Below, piece by piece: positions 9,794-18,426 of a stretch of DNA of 64,000 nt. Origin of the DNA: Candidatus Levyibacteriota bacterium. GTDB taxonomy: Bacteria; Patescibacteriota; Microgenomatia; Levybacterales; UBA12049. Within the stretch, counting starts at the first letter, position 1, and the number at the start of each line of letters is the position of its first letter. Location of the stretch: contig JACPLG010000003.1 in the NCBI GenBank assembly GCA_016186625.1, positions 98,576-162,575 of the forward strand, read 5' to 3'. Made by a program: the position numbers and the translations under genes. The notes beneath the pieces were generated by a model. That model saw nothing but the letters and a program-made list of their open reading frames with translations. It made no database searches and was not told where the DNA came from.

Positions 9794-10369
9794 ATGGCAG
9801 TAACATCTACAATGCTTCCGCTTGGCACAAAGGCACCGGATTTTAGTTTACCTGATGTTGTTTCAAATAAAACTGTAAACCTTGAAATCTTTAACGATAA
9901 AAAAGCACTTCTTGTTATGTTCATTTGTCGCCATTGTCCATATGTAAAACATGTCCAAAATGAAATAGCAAAAATCGGAAAAGATTATGAGGATAAAGAT
10001 TTGGGGATTGTCGCAATTAGTGCAAATGATGTTTCGGTTTATCCTGAAGACGGGCCGCAAAGTTTGAAAGAAATGGCAGATGAGTTAGGGTTTACTTTTC
10101 CCTATTTATATGATGAAGCACAAGAGGTTGCAAAAGCATACACTGCAGCTTGTACTCCGGATTTGTTTTTGTTCGATCATGATAGAAAATTAGTTTATAG
10201 AGGACAACTCGATGGGAGTCGGCCAGGCAATAACGAACCTGTAACTGGAAAAGATATAAGAGCGGCAATTGATGCGGTGCTTAATGATAGTGAAGTTTCA
10301 AAAGGCCAAAAACCGAGCATGGGCTGCAGCATTAAATGGAAGATCGGTAATGAACCTTCGTATTTCTAA
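9794..10369 (+). CDS. Thioredoxin-fold AhpC/TSA family protein
   Basis: APDFSLPD, CRHCPYV, ACTPD, YRGQLD, GCSIKW. Confidence 0.9.
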   Translation: MAVTSTMLPLGTKAPDFSLPDVVSNKTVNLEIFNDKKALLVMFICRHCPYVKHVQNEIAKIGKDYEDKDLGIVAISANDVSVYPEDGPQSLKEMADELGFTFPYLYDEAQEVAKAYTAACTPDLFLFDHDRKLVYRGQLDGSRPGNNEPVTGKDIRAAIDAVLNDSEVSKGQKPSMGCSIKWKIGNEPSYF

Positions 10370-10378
10370 AGAACTAAT

Positions 10379-11140
10379 TTATTTGTATTTTTTAATCAGT
10401 CCTTCAAAAGCGCGGAGCACTTCAAGAGGAGTTACGAAAACTATAGTGTTACTTTTGTCGGATGATAATTCCGAAAGAGTCTGCAGAGTACGGACGTGGA
10501 GACCTCCTGTAGTTTTGGCAAGCCTTCCAGCTGCAATAGCAATATTTTCCGCTGCTGCTTTTTCTCCTTCAGCCCGAATAACAATTGCCCGGCGCTCCCT
10601 TTCTGCTTCAGCCTGGCGTGCTATAACTCTTTTCATCTCTTCTGGCAAAATAATATCTTTTAACTCCACTGACTCTACCTTAATACCCCATGGATCTGTA
10701 GCCCTATCTATAATTGTCTGAATTTTTTTGGCAACTTGATCGCGCTTTGAGAGTAAATCGTCAAGAGAAGTTTCTCCAATTACATTTCTCATAGTTGTTT
10801 GAGCCAGCTGGGACACTGCATAAAAGAAATCCTCTACCTGCAAAACCGCCTTTTTTGCCTGATCTACGCGGTAATAAATGACAGCATTAACGCGGGCTGA
10901 AACATTATCCCGAGTGATTGCTTCCTGATCCGGAACGTCTACTGCCTTTACCCTGATGTCAATTCTTTGCCAGCCTTCTATAATAGGCCAAACAATTCTC
11001 CATCCGGGAACCATCTCGTCTCGAAATTTTCCAAAGCGGAAGCGGACTCCGCGCTCATATTGATTAACCTGTTTTATAGAGGGAATAAGAATTACCAAGA
11101 AAAAGATAATAATCCCAAGTGAAAAGACTGCAAAATCCAT
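10379..11140 (-). CDS. SPFH/stomatin (slipin) family protein
   Basis: QYERGV.FRFG, AQTTMRNVIG, WGIKVESVELKD, AEAERERRA. Confidence 0.92.
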   Translation of the reverse strand: MDFAVFSLGIIIFFLVILIPSIKQVNQYERGVRFRFGKFRDEMVPGWRIVWPIIEGWQRIDIRVKAVDVPDQEAITRDNVSARVNAVIYYRVDQAKKAVLQVEDFFYAVSQLAQTTMRNVIGETSLDDLLSKRDQVAKKIQTIIDRATDPWGIKVESVELKDIILPEEMKRVIARQAEAERERRAIVIRAEGEKAAAENIAIAAGRLAKTTGGLHVRTLQTLSELSSDKSNTIVFVTPLEVLRAFEGLIKKYK

Positions 11141-11229
11141 TTGGGAAGTATATTACATCAAAACATTTACATTATCAAATTAAGAAAACAGATTTTGAAA
11201 TTTCTATTCTCTGCTATAATTGCCCCGGT

Positions 11230-11667
11230 TTATTGCTTTATATACCTTTCTATTTCTTTTAGAAAATCATCCGGTGTTAGAATTTCTATTTGACGAAAGG
11301 TTTTCAATGTTAATAAATCACTATCTCCTGTTACAATAAAGCCAGATTTACCTTCAATTGCTGCTTCAAGTACTCTATTGTCGTCCTCATCTTCAAGGAT
11401 ATAAATAATTTCATCTGGATGGATAATTTTAAAATGTTTTTTTATGATTTTTTCTAACTGCTTGACTCTGATCAGCTCAAAATTAAATTTTTTGGTTAAA
11501 GTTTCTGTTAATTCAGCAAGGAGCACTGGAGAACTTATCCCAATAATTTGTTTTTCTAAAATGAGGCTATAAACTTGTTCTGGTTTTCCGCCAAATACTA
11601 GAGCGGAGATAATAACATTTGTGTCGAGGACTGCTTTAGGAGGCTTTTTTACCATGCCTAAATTCAT
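11230..11667 (-). CDS. PIN-domain putative toxin
   Basis: VLDTNVIISAL, DEDDNRVLEAA, IVTGDSDLL. Confidence 0.88.
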   Translation of the reverse strand: MNLGMVKKPPKAVLDTNVIISALVFGGKPEQVYSLILEKQIIGISSPVLLAELTETLTKKFNFELIRVKQLEKIIKKHFKIIHPDEIIYILEDEDDNRVLEAAIEGKSGFIVTGDSDLLTLKTFRQIEILTPDDFLKEIERYIKQ

Positions 11668-11887
11668 AAACGATCTTATTTACTTCCTTTTCGCTTTTAA
11701 TCCCCATTTTTTTACCAACTTTTTTGCCATAGTCTAAAAGATCATTCCATTCCTGCCTGTCTTGCAAATAAACTCTTAAAGCCTCACGAATTAGCTCGCT
11801 TCTGTTGCGATATTCTTTTTTAGCAAGAATGTCTACTCTTTTGACTAAGTCTTTTGGAAGAGCAATGTTTAATGTTTGTGTTGCCAT
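11636..11887 (-). CDS. CopG/ribbon-helix-helix antitoxin
   Basis: LNIALPKDLVKRVD.LA....NRSELIREALR; overlaps PIN gene. Confidence 0.85.
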   Translation of the reverse strand: MATQTLNIALPKDLVKRVDILAKKEYRNRSELIREALRVYLQDRQEWNDLLDYGKKVGKKMGIKSEKEVNKIVYEFRHGKKAS

Positions 11888-12041
11888 ATACAAATATTGT
11901 ATGTAATTGATATATCTTTGTCAACACTCAAAAACCATCATCTGCTATAATTGCCCCAAATTGCAAACAGCCCATTTTGCACTATTTAATCTCCCAGAAT
12001 AATTGTATTGACAAAGTATGTACAGTTAGTATAATATGTAA

Positions 12042-12323
12042 GTGAAATATAAGTTTGATTATTCGCTAGAGAAAGATTTAATTCTTAAAGAATCAAGAGG
12101 TGTTAGCTTTAGAGAAGTAATTCAAGCATACAGAACTGGGAAAAAGCTTGCTGACTATGAAAACAAAAGCAAAAAACACCCTAATCAAAGACTTTTAATT
12201 GTTAATATCAAAGGCTATGCATACGTTACGCCATATGTTATAGATGAAAAAAGGAAAAGAGTATTTTTAAAAACTGTATATCCAAGCAGCAAATTAACTA
12301 AGGAGTACATAAAAAAATTATGA
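12042..12323 (+). CDS. BrnT-like toxin
   Basis: K...LKESRGVSF...Y.YVTPY...FLKTVYPSSK; own TTGACA/TATAAT promoter at 12008-12035. Confidence 0.78.
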   Translation: MKYKFDYSLEKDLILKESRGVSFREVIQAYRTGKKLADYENKSKKHPNQRLLIVNIKGYAYVTPYVIDEKRKRVFLKTVYPSSKLTKEYIKKL

Positions 12324-12628
12324 AAAAGAAAAAATTTGATCCATTTAAAAATCTTAAACTAGATAAATACGAACAGGAAATAGAAGATGCTCTTGAAAGA
12401 GAGGAATTTGTTCCTGTAGAAGACTCTTCGGAAATTAATAAAATATTGACAGAGGCTGCAAAAAATTATACCGAGCTTGAAAACAGCAAGAGTATAACTT
12501 TAAGAATTAAAAATATAGATCTAATAAAATTAAAAGCAAAAGCCGCAAGAAATAAAATTCCCTATCAGACTCTTATAAATTTACTTATAAAAGAATACAC
12601 AGAAGGCAAAACAAAAATATCATTGTAA
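12320..12628 (+). CDS. BrnA/CopG-like antitoxin
   Basis: ITLRI...DL.KLKAKA....IPYQTLI C-terminal RHH; ATGA overlap with toxin. Confidence 0.8.
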   Translation: MKKKKFDPFKNLKLDKYEQEIEDALEREEFVPVEDSSEINKILTEAAKNYTELENSKSITLRIKNIDLIKLKAKAARNKIPYQTLINLLIKEYTEGKTKISL

Positions 12629-12658
12629 ATTCCTCAATTCTCATAGTTTGAAAAGGTG

Positions 12659-12761
12659 AGGGGTGCTTGCCCTGTTTACCCTGAACACTTGGAGGGAGCA
12701 ATGCCGAAGGGTTTACGCAGAGCGAAAGTGGGGTGCTTGCCCTGAGCAATGCCGAAGGACT
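12659..12761. repeat. Nested REP-like insertions
   Basis: TGCCCTGAGCAATGCCGAAGG occurs twice; the first copy is split by a 22-nt insert and the second splits the array repeat. Confidence 0.7.
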
Positions 12762-12864
12762 ATAATTGCCCCAATGAATAATAGAATCTTGCTTCCCACA
12801 TTCCAAGTGGGAAGGTACATTCAGACACCAAAAACCCTAAGCACAACTCTGCTATAATTGCCCC
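12760..12864 (+). repeat. 92-bp gene-less cassette, copy 2
   Basis: Two substitutions versus 6253-6357. Confidence 0.92.
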
Positions 12865-12867
12865 AGA

Positions 12868-13083
12868 TCATTTTAGTCTTAAGAATTCTTCTTCGCTAGA
12901 CTCCGCTTGTTTGATTATGCCTCTTACTAGTCCTTTTTTGAGTTCTTTGGTGTGCATTGGAACAGGAATAATCTTCTTTGATTTGGGATTATACATAATA
13001 AGATGACTGCCGGTTTGTCTTTTCTTAATGTATCCGAGTTTTTGAAGAATTTTGACTATCTCTCTTGCTTTAAAACTAGCCAT
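12868..13083 (-). CDS. hicA: HicA-family toxin
   Basis: L.KLGY...RQTGSH.IM....IPVPMH.KEL..G. Confidence 0.9.
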   Translation of the reverse strand: MASFKAREIVKILQKLGYIKKRQTGSHLIMYNPKSKKIIPVPMHTKELKKGLVRGIIKQAESSEEEFLRLK

Positions 13084-13347
13084 TTATAGAGATACTGCTG
13101 GATTTTGTACGGAAATTTGCGTGATGACAACATTTGACCCTTCTTGTGGAATTTCTTGCTTCTCTTCTTTAAGAACCTCTAAATACCCTTTCATAGCGTC
13201 TTTTATCATAGATACCGCTTCCTCAAAAGTCTCACCTTGACTTACACAGCCGGGAAGAGCTGGAACACTAACTACATAACCGCCTTCTTCAGCCGGTTCA
13301 AAAATAACAGTATATTTTAAGATTTTTTTAGAAAGAGATTTAGCCAT
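13084..13347 (-). CDS. hicB: HicB-family antitoxin (short, no DNA-binding domain)
   Basis: EEGGYVVSVPALPGCVSQGETFEEA. Confidence 0.9.
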   Translation of the reverse strand: MAKSLSKKILKYTVIFEPAEEGGYVVSVPALPGCVSQGETFEEAVSMIKDAMKGYLEVLKEEKQEIPQEGSNVVITQISVQNPAVSL

Positions 13348-13586
13348 GCTCTAATTATATCACACCCAAACCTTATCTTCCTTGCCCCTCGAAGCTTTTT
13401 GCGAAGTGGGGTGCTATAATTGCCCCCCAAAAAAAGCCCTAATGGATAATATACTTCATTACTTTAAAGTATTGAAGTATATAATAATTTTTCCCTTTTT
13501 CCTCGTAGCATTTCTGTTTACACTGAGTAAAACCGAAGTGCTATAATTGCCCCGGGGGTTATTAATAAAAAAAATGACCCCTGAAT

Positions 13587-13898
13587 ATGTTTAATTTCTT
13601 ATCTGATTTAATCTATTTAATATTAGTTGGCTCAATATCGCTATTAACAATAATAGTTACAAAAAATAGCTTGTCAAAAAAGATATTAGCAAAAGATCCC
13701 AAGGCATTACTTATCAATAATTCCTTAATTATCTTTGGAATTATATTAATAATTATTGTATTTATTAAATATTCGTGGATTGCTGGAATTACAACAATAA
13801 CTATTGCTTTAATCATTTATATTATTATTGCTAGAATATTAGCACGTGCTCTCGAGAAAAATTTATTTGAGTCTCATAAAAAAGAAGGGCAAGAGTAA
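13587..13898 (+). CDS. Small membrane protein
   Basis: Very AT-rich 103-aa ORF with 3 hydrophobic segments, just after the last repeat. Confidence 0.55.
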   Translation: MFNFLSDLIYLILVGSISLLTIIVTKNSLSKKILAKDPKALLINNSLIIFGIILIIIVFIKYSWIAGITTITIALIIYIIIARILARALEKNLFESHKKEGQE

Positions 13899-13978
13899 AT
13901 TCTTCAAAACATCTATAAAAACTTGACTCCGAGGCTAATGAATGGGAAAATGAGCGAGTATTATAGCTGTGGAATAAA

Positions 13979-14503
13979 ATGTTTGTTCCAAATATTAAAA
14001 CCAAAAATAAATTATTCGTACTCTCTTTTTTATCCTTGATGGCTATAATTATTTTTTTAAGTCTAAATAAAATGACAGTAAATTATAGGCTTTCGGCATT
14101 TCTAAGTTTAGCTGCAACTCTAACCTTTTTCTATACATATTTTAAAGAGGCAATATTTGATTGGCATGCTGATCCAAATAGTCAAACCATTAAAAAAATT
14201 AATGGTAAATTAGAAAAAACCTGGTTAGATAAACGAAAAGAATTGAAAGATAAAGAATCATTTATAAAAGATGCTCCTGCTGCTTGGGTGATTGAAGGAT
14301 ATATTCACGTGTTCCTAGGTTTAGCATTGGGCTGGTTTTTCTTTTGGATACTTTTAAATAGATTAAAATTTTTTGATGGAAAATTGGACCTCTCTTCATT
14401 AGGACTACCAGATCTAATTCTATTAATTGCTGGTTGGATCGGAATAAATGGTAGATTACCAACTATTGCTCACGCTGTCCAAGAATGGTTTAAGAGAAGC
14501 TAA
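13979..14503 (+). CDS. Membrane protein, unknown function
   Basis: About 4 hydrophobic segments. Confidence 0.65.
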   Translation: MFVPNIKTKNKLFVLSFLSLMAIIIFLSLNKMTVNYRLSAFLSLAATLTFFYTYFKEAIFDWHADPNSQTIKKINGKLEKTWLDKRKELKDKESFIKDAPAAWVIEGYIHVFLGLALGWFFFWILLNRLKFFDGKLDLSSLGLPDLILLIAGWIGINGRLPTIAHAVQEWFKRS

Positions 14504-14571
14504 TAAATTTTAGCATTCTGATATACTTTCTTCTTGTAATCCCCGTAAAAGGATGTTATACTAGTATCAAC

Positions 14572-15351
14572 ATGCACGACATCAATCGCTTGCCACTATC
14601 TCAAATAAAACTATTGCTGCGTTTTTGGAATAATCCCAATAAAATAGGATTTGCTGAGGGAAGAGAAGAGGGAGGTAGTGTAAAGGAATTAAACAAAAAG
14701 GGTCTGATTGAACCAGCAGGGAAAATAGGGCGTAGAGTTAGATGGAGATTAGTCACTGGTAAACTCAACAGTCGAGATATTGATGTAATGATTGGCTTAA
14801 TCAAACACTCTCCAATTCCTGCCGAAGAGGAAAGCTTGATAGTTGAGCTTATAGGGGAAGCAAAAGATCTAGCGATACTAATATCAAGAAATATAGGTAC
14901 AAAAGGTTATCATTATTTTTTACAATCTTTTTTCTTGGTTCTTCGACAAATGGGCTATTTTTTTACTGAACACTCATCAACTATATTTCACTATAGCTCA
15001 GCTCTCTCTCAAGCCGAGGTAGAGATCTTGGAAAAAATCAGAGATATTCGTGATGCAATAGGACACCGAGAATCTCGAAAGAATTTTCTAACAGCTAATA
15101 TTAAACTAGTTGGAGGAATGTTTTTCAAAAATAACGATGTAGAAATTCAATATGGTAGAAATAAAATTTATTTAGTGGGTGAGATTCTTGCGATACATAA
15201 AAAAATGAGAAAGCTTTTTTCTAGCGCAGACGAACTCGCTTTTTTAAGTAGAAGCTATGGATGGCAGTATGACGAAAAAGAACTCCGAGAAGCCGAAAAA
15301 CAGTTGATAGAAAAACTCAAAAATCCAAAAGCTCTTATAAATTTAGAATAG
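14572..15351 (+). CDS. Hypothetical protein (possible N-terminal winged helix)
   Basis: 259-aa ORF; TGTTATACT just upstream; L.KKGLIE pattern; R.AIGH motif reminiscent of HEPN, unverified. Confidence 0.6.
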   Translation: MHDINRLPLSQIKLLLRFWNNPNKIGFAEGREEGGSVKELNKKGLIEPAGKIGRRVRWRLVTGKLNSRDIDVMIGLIKHSPIPAEEESLIVELIGEAKDLAILISRNIGTKGYHYFLQSFFLVLRQMGYFFTEHSSTIFHYSSALSQAEVEILEKIRDIRDAIGHRESRKNFLTANIKLVGGMFFKNNDVEIQYGRNKIYLVGEILAIHKKMRKLFSSADELAFLSRSYGWQYDEKELREAEKQLIEKLKNPKALINLE

Positions 15352-15636
15352 TATTTTTTTAAAAACTAATTCTTACAAAGCTCTTGCATTATATTCCTTG
15401 ACATGTATACAGGTCGCTTTGCTCCAATTTCTAATTTCTAGTTACTAATTTCTAATCAATTCCATACAGAATTTCTATTGATAATTTTTTAAGAATGTTT
15501 AGAATATAAATATGAAGAAAAGTGCCATGACAGAGGGCTGGAATTCATCTCTTAACAAACTCGCCCGATCTTTATACTGATTTGTGCTCAATTTTAGTCT
15601 ATGCTAAGCTAAATACGGTTATTGTTTGCCTTGAGT

Positions 15637-17508
15637 ATGAATATAAAAAATAAGCTTTTGGGTTTTATTCAGCTTCCTATTCTTATTATCCTTATTGCTA
15701 CCGGGGCACTGGGTACTTTTACAGTAGTCAAAGGCCCGGAGCTTGTTGAGGAGTATAAGCAGGGACAGCTTCAAAAAGAGTTGGCACAAAAAAGCCTGCC
15801 TCAGGGCGCTGCAACTGCGGATACAATTCTTGTAGGATTTAGAACCGGAGTTCCCACCACCCAGCGGGATTTTATTCATCAAAAGCTTAGCATCGCTCTC
15901 AAAAAAAGAGTAAATCAAATAAATGCGGATGTTATTAACGTTCCTGCTGGGACGCCGGTTTCGGAACTTATTGATAAATACAGACAAAATCCTCAGGTGG
16001 AATATGCAGAGCCCAATTTCCTTGCCGCCGCATTTTTAACGCCAAATGACCCATATTACGGGAGCCAGTGGAATCTGCAAAAAGTTTTAGTGGAAGAAGC
16101 ATATGATCTTGCCAAAGGAGGAGGGGCGCTTATTGCTGTTGTTGATACGGGTGTTGACGGGAGCCATCCTGATCTATCGGGACTTGTTATTGAGGGATAT
16201 AACACAATTGATGAAAATAACAATTCTTTTGATGATCACGGTCATGGGACGCATGTTGCAGGAATTGCATCAGCCCAAACCGACAACGGGAGCGGTATTG
16301 CAAGCATGTCCTTTGCATCAAGTGTCCTGCCGGTAAAAGTACTCAATAAAGACGGAGTAGGCACATACGCCGATGTTTCGGAGGGGATAATTTATGCTTC
16401 GGACAACGGCGCCCGGATTGTCAATTTAAGCCTGGGCGGAAGCTCAGACTCAGAAACACTTAAAAGAGCTGTAAGATACGCACAGTCAAAGGGAAGTATT
16501 TTAGTTGCGGCGGCAGGCAACAGCGGTAATGATGCGCCTGTCTACCCGGCCGCCTATGAGGGTGTTTTGGCGGTTTCCGCATCAGATAAAAATGATAATT
16601 TGGCGCCGTTTTCAAGCTATGGCAGTAATATTTTTGCCGCATCTCCGGGCGTTTCTATTACCTCATCTGTTCCAGGAAGCGACTACAAGCAAGCAAGCGG
16701 AACGTCCATGGCAGCGCCGCATGTCTCAGGGCTTTTAGCTTTATCAATCTCTCACAAACCGGAATTATCCAACTCGGAACTTATTGATCAGATAAAACAA
16801 AACGCTGAAAAGGTGGGTCAATACAGCTACAATGAAGACGGATGGAACCCTTATTTTGGTTACGGCAGAATCAGTGCCGGAAAAACTCTTACTGCAATTT
16901 CATCGGATGAAACAACAGAAGAAGAGCCGGAGCCAACATTAGATACATCCTCTTCCTCCCGTCTTTCCAAACAGGCAAAAGTGCCCCAGGCATATTCATT
17001 TTCCTTTGACTTGCAGGGTGCTGTTGAGGCAGTGAACACCTTTGATAGCAAACTTACCCTGAAAGTGGGAGGAGGAACACCAAATGTTATGGAACGGCTT
17101 TCAGGCAATCTTATTGATGTATATATCAATTCACAAACCAGAATAAAATATCAAGGCAGGACAATTTCATTAACCCAGGTTTCAAGCGGTTCACAGCTTA
17201 ATATAAAAGGCAACATTATCCAAAACAGGCTTGTGGCGCTTGAAATAATTGTTCAATATCTTGCAACAGGACAGCCTATTGAGGCATTGCCAAATCAAAA
17301 TCAGAATCCTGGACAGGAAAATATCCCGCAATCCCAACAACAGGGTGAGCAGTCTCCTCAAGATTCAGGTCAATCATCGCAAGGCGGTGGAGCACCCCAA
17401 GTGCAATTGCCTCCTCAGGCAGGACAAGGTAAAGGAGTAAAGGGTATTTCTGTAATTTCATGGCTTCAGTTTATTCAGGAAAAAGCATTCGGATTATTTA
17501 ATAAGTGA
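15637..17508 (+). CDS. Membrane-anchored thermitase-like S8 protease with C-terminal DUF5666-like domain and Gln-rich tail
   Basis: VEYAEPN, PNDPYY, VDTGVD, HGHGTHVAG, AAAGN, SGTSMAAPHV. Confidence 0.92.
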   Translation: MNIKNKLLGFIQLPILIILIATGALGTFTVVKGPELVEEYKQGQLQKELAQKSLPQGAATADTILVGFRTGVPTTQRDFIHQKLSIALKKRVNQINADVINVPAGTPVSELIDKYRQNPQVEYAEPNFLAAAFLTPNDPYYGSQWNLQKVLVEEAYDLAKGGGALIAVVDTGVDGSHPDLSGLVIEGYNTIDENNNSFDDHGHGTHVAGIASAQTDNGSGIASMSFASSVLPVKVLNKDGVGTYADVSEGIIYASDNGARIVNLSLGGSSDSETLKRAVRYAQSKGSILVAAAGNSGNDAPVYPAAYEGVLAVSASDKNDNLAPFSSYGSNIFAASPGVSITSSVPGSDYKQASGTSMAAPHVSGLLALSISHKPELSNSELIDQIKQNAEKVGQYSYNEDGWNPYFGYGRISAGKTLTAISSDETTEEEPEPTLDTSSSSRLSKQAKVPQAYSFSFDLQGAVEAVNTFDSKLTLKVGGGTPNVMERLSGNLIDVYINSQTRIKYQGRTISLTQVSSGSQLNIKGNIIQNRLVALEIIVQYLATGQPIEALPNQNQNPGQENIPQSQQQGEQSPQDSGQSSQGGGAPQVQLPPQAGQGKGVKGISVISWLQFIQEKAFGLFNK

Positions 17509-17531
17509 GAAAATGAAAAGGAGGTGAGAAA

Positions 17532-18242
17532 ATGTTAAAGAAACTAATATTATTAGTGCTTGCTTTATTTTTGTTTGCCGGAGTAGCGCAAGCCCAAACT
17601 GAAGAGTTACCGGATCCCGGTATTACACCGGACAGCCCGCTATATTTTTTTGATACCTTGGGAGAAAACATTGGTTTGTTTTTTGCTTTTGGAGATGAAG
17701 CAAAAACAAGAAAAGCTGTTGAAATTGCAAATGAAAAAGTAGCCGAAGCACAGGCAATGGCTGAAAAAGGTAATGAGGATGCGGCAGAAATTGCAGCAGA
17801 ACGTTATGGTAAGGTAATAAGTACGGCTGCTGAAAGTCTTGCAGCTTCGGCAAGAAGCGGTGAAGGCTTTGATGAAGCTTTGGCCCAGCTTATTGCACAG
17901 GCAACATCCATCCATTTAAGTGTTTTGGCCGATGTATATGACAGGGTTCCTGATCAGGCAAAGTCATCCATTGAGCGGGCAATGCAGGAAAGCGTTAGAG
18001 GAGGAGAAGAAGCATTGAATGCTGTTTCGGGAGAAAAACGAGAAGAGGTAATGCAACAAGTTGAGGAGAAAAGGCAAGAGGTTAAGCAAAAACTCGATAC
18101 CTTGCGTAAAGAAGGAAAACCAATTCCAAATATCCAAACGGGTAATGAACAGGGAGCGCCTGAAGGAGCAGGAGGAGCTGGTGGCGGAAACAGCGGAGCC
18201 CAAAATGTTGGAAGACCAGAGCAAGTTCCGGGAAGACCGTAA
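17532..18242 (+). CDS. DUF5667-like secreted helical protein
   Basis: Signal peptide; PGITPDSPLYF.D...E; SD AGGAGGTG. Confidence 0.78.
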   Translation: MLKKLILLVLALFLFAGVAQAQTEELPDPGITPDSPLYFFDTLGENIGLFFAFGDEAKTRKAVEIANEKVAEAQAMAEKGNEDAAEIAAERYGKVISTAAESLAASARSGEGFDEALAQLIAQATSIHLSVLADVYDRVPDQAKSSIERAMQESVRGGEEALNAVSGEKREEVMQQVEEKRQEVKQKLDTLRKEGKPIPNIQTGNEQGAPEGAGGAGGGNSGAQNVGRPEQVPGRP

Positions 18243-18426
18243 GAAGGTAAAGCTCGTGAATGGCGGATTAGTTCGCCAGAAGAAGGAAGACCCGGATTAT
18301 CAGATGCTGAAATTAAAGATCGGTTAGAAAGAACAGGATTGCCTGGTGACCAGGTTAAGTATTTCCTGAAAAGAATGGCTACCTAAGTTTATAGCCTAGA
18401 GATTTCTCTGATATAATAATTCCCCA

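Larger units (their letters stand above)
6251..13553 (+). repeat. Array of 15-bp direct repeats TGCTATAATTGCCCC delimiting gene cassettes
   Basis: Copies start at 6251, 6343 (one mismatch), 7343, 8207, 8904, 9036, 11212, 11943, 12760 (CTATAATTGCCCC, interrupted), 12850, 13412, 13539; partial TGCTATAATT at 9779; all on + strand. Confidence 0.95.

Noticed and set aside
12585-12857. ORFs 12585-12806 (-) and 12663-12857 (+)
   Set aside because: They are translations of nested palindromes and the 92-bp unit, with no protein-like features.
6251-13553. CRISPR array interpretation of the 15-bp repeats
   Set aside because: Repeat too short, spacing irregular (92 bp to over 2 kb), intervals contain whole genes, and no cas genes are visible.
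6251-13553. Classical integron
   Set aside because: No tyrosine recombinase ORF in the window and no attC-type RYYYAAC...GTTRRRY hairpins recognised at gene ends; a covariance-model search is still needed to exclude it formally.
6251-13553. Repeats as merely independent promoters
   Set aside because: Several copies precede gene 3' ends or no gene, TGCCCC is invariant, and other promoters in the window share only TGnTATAAT.
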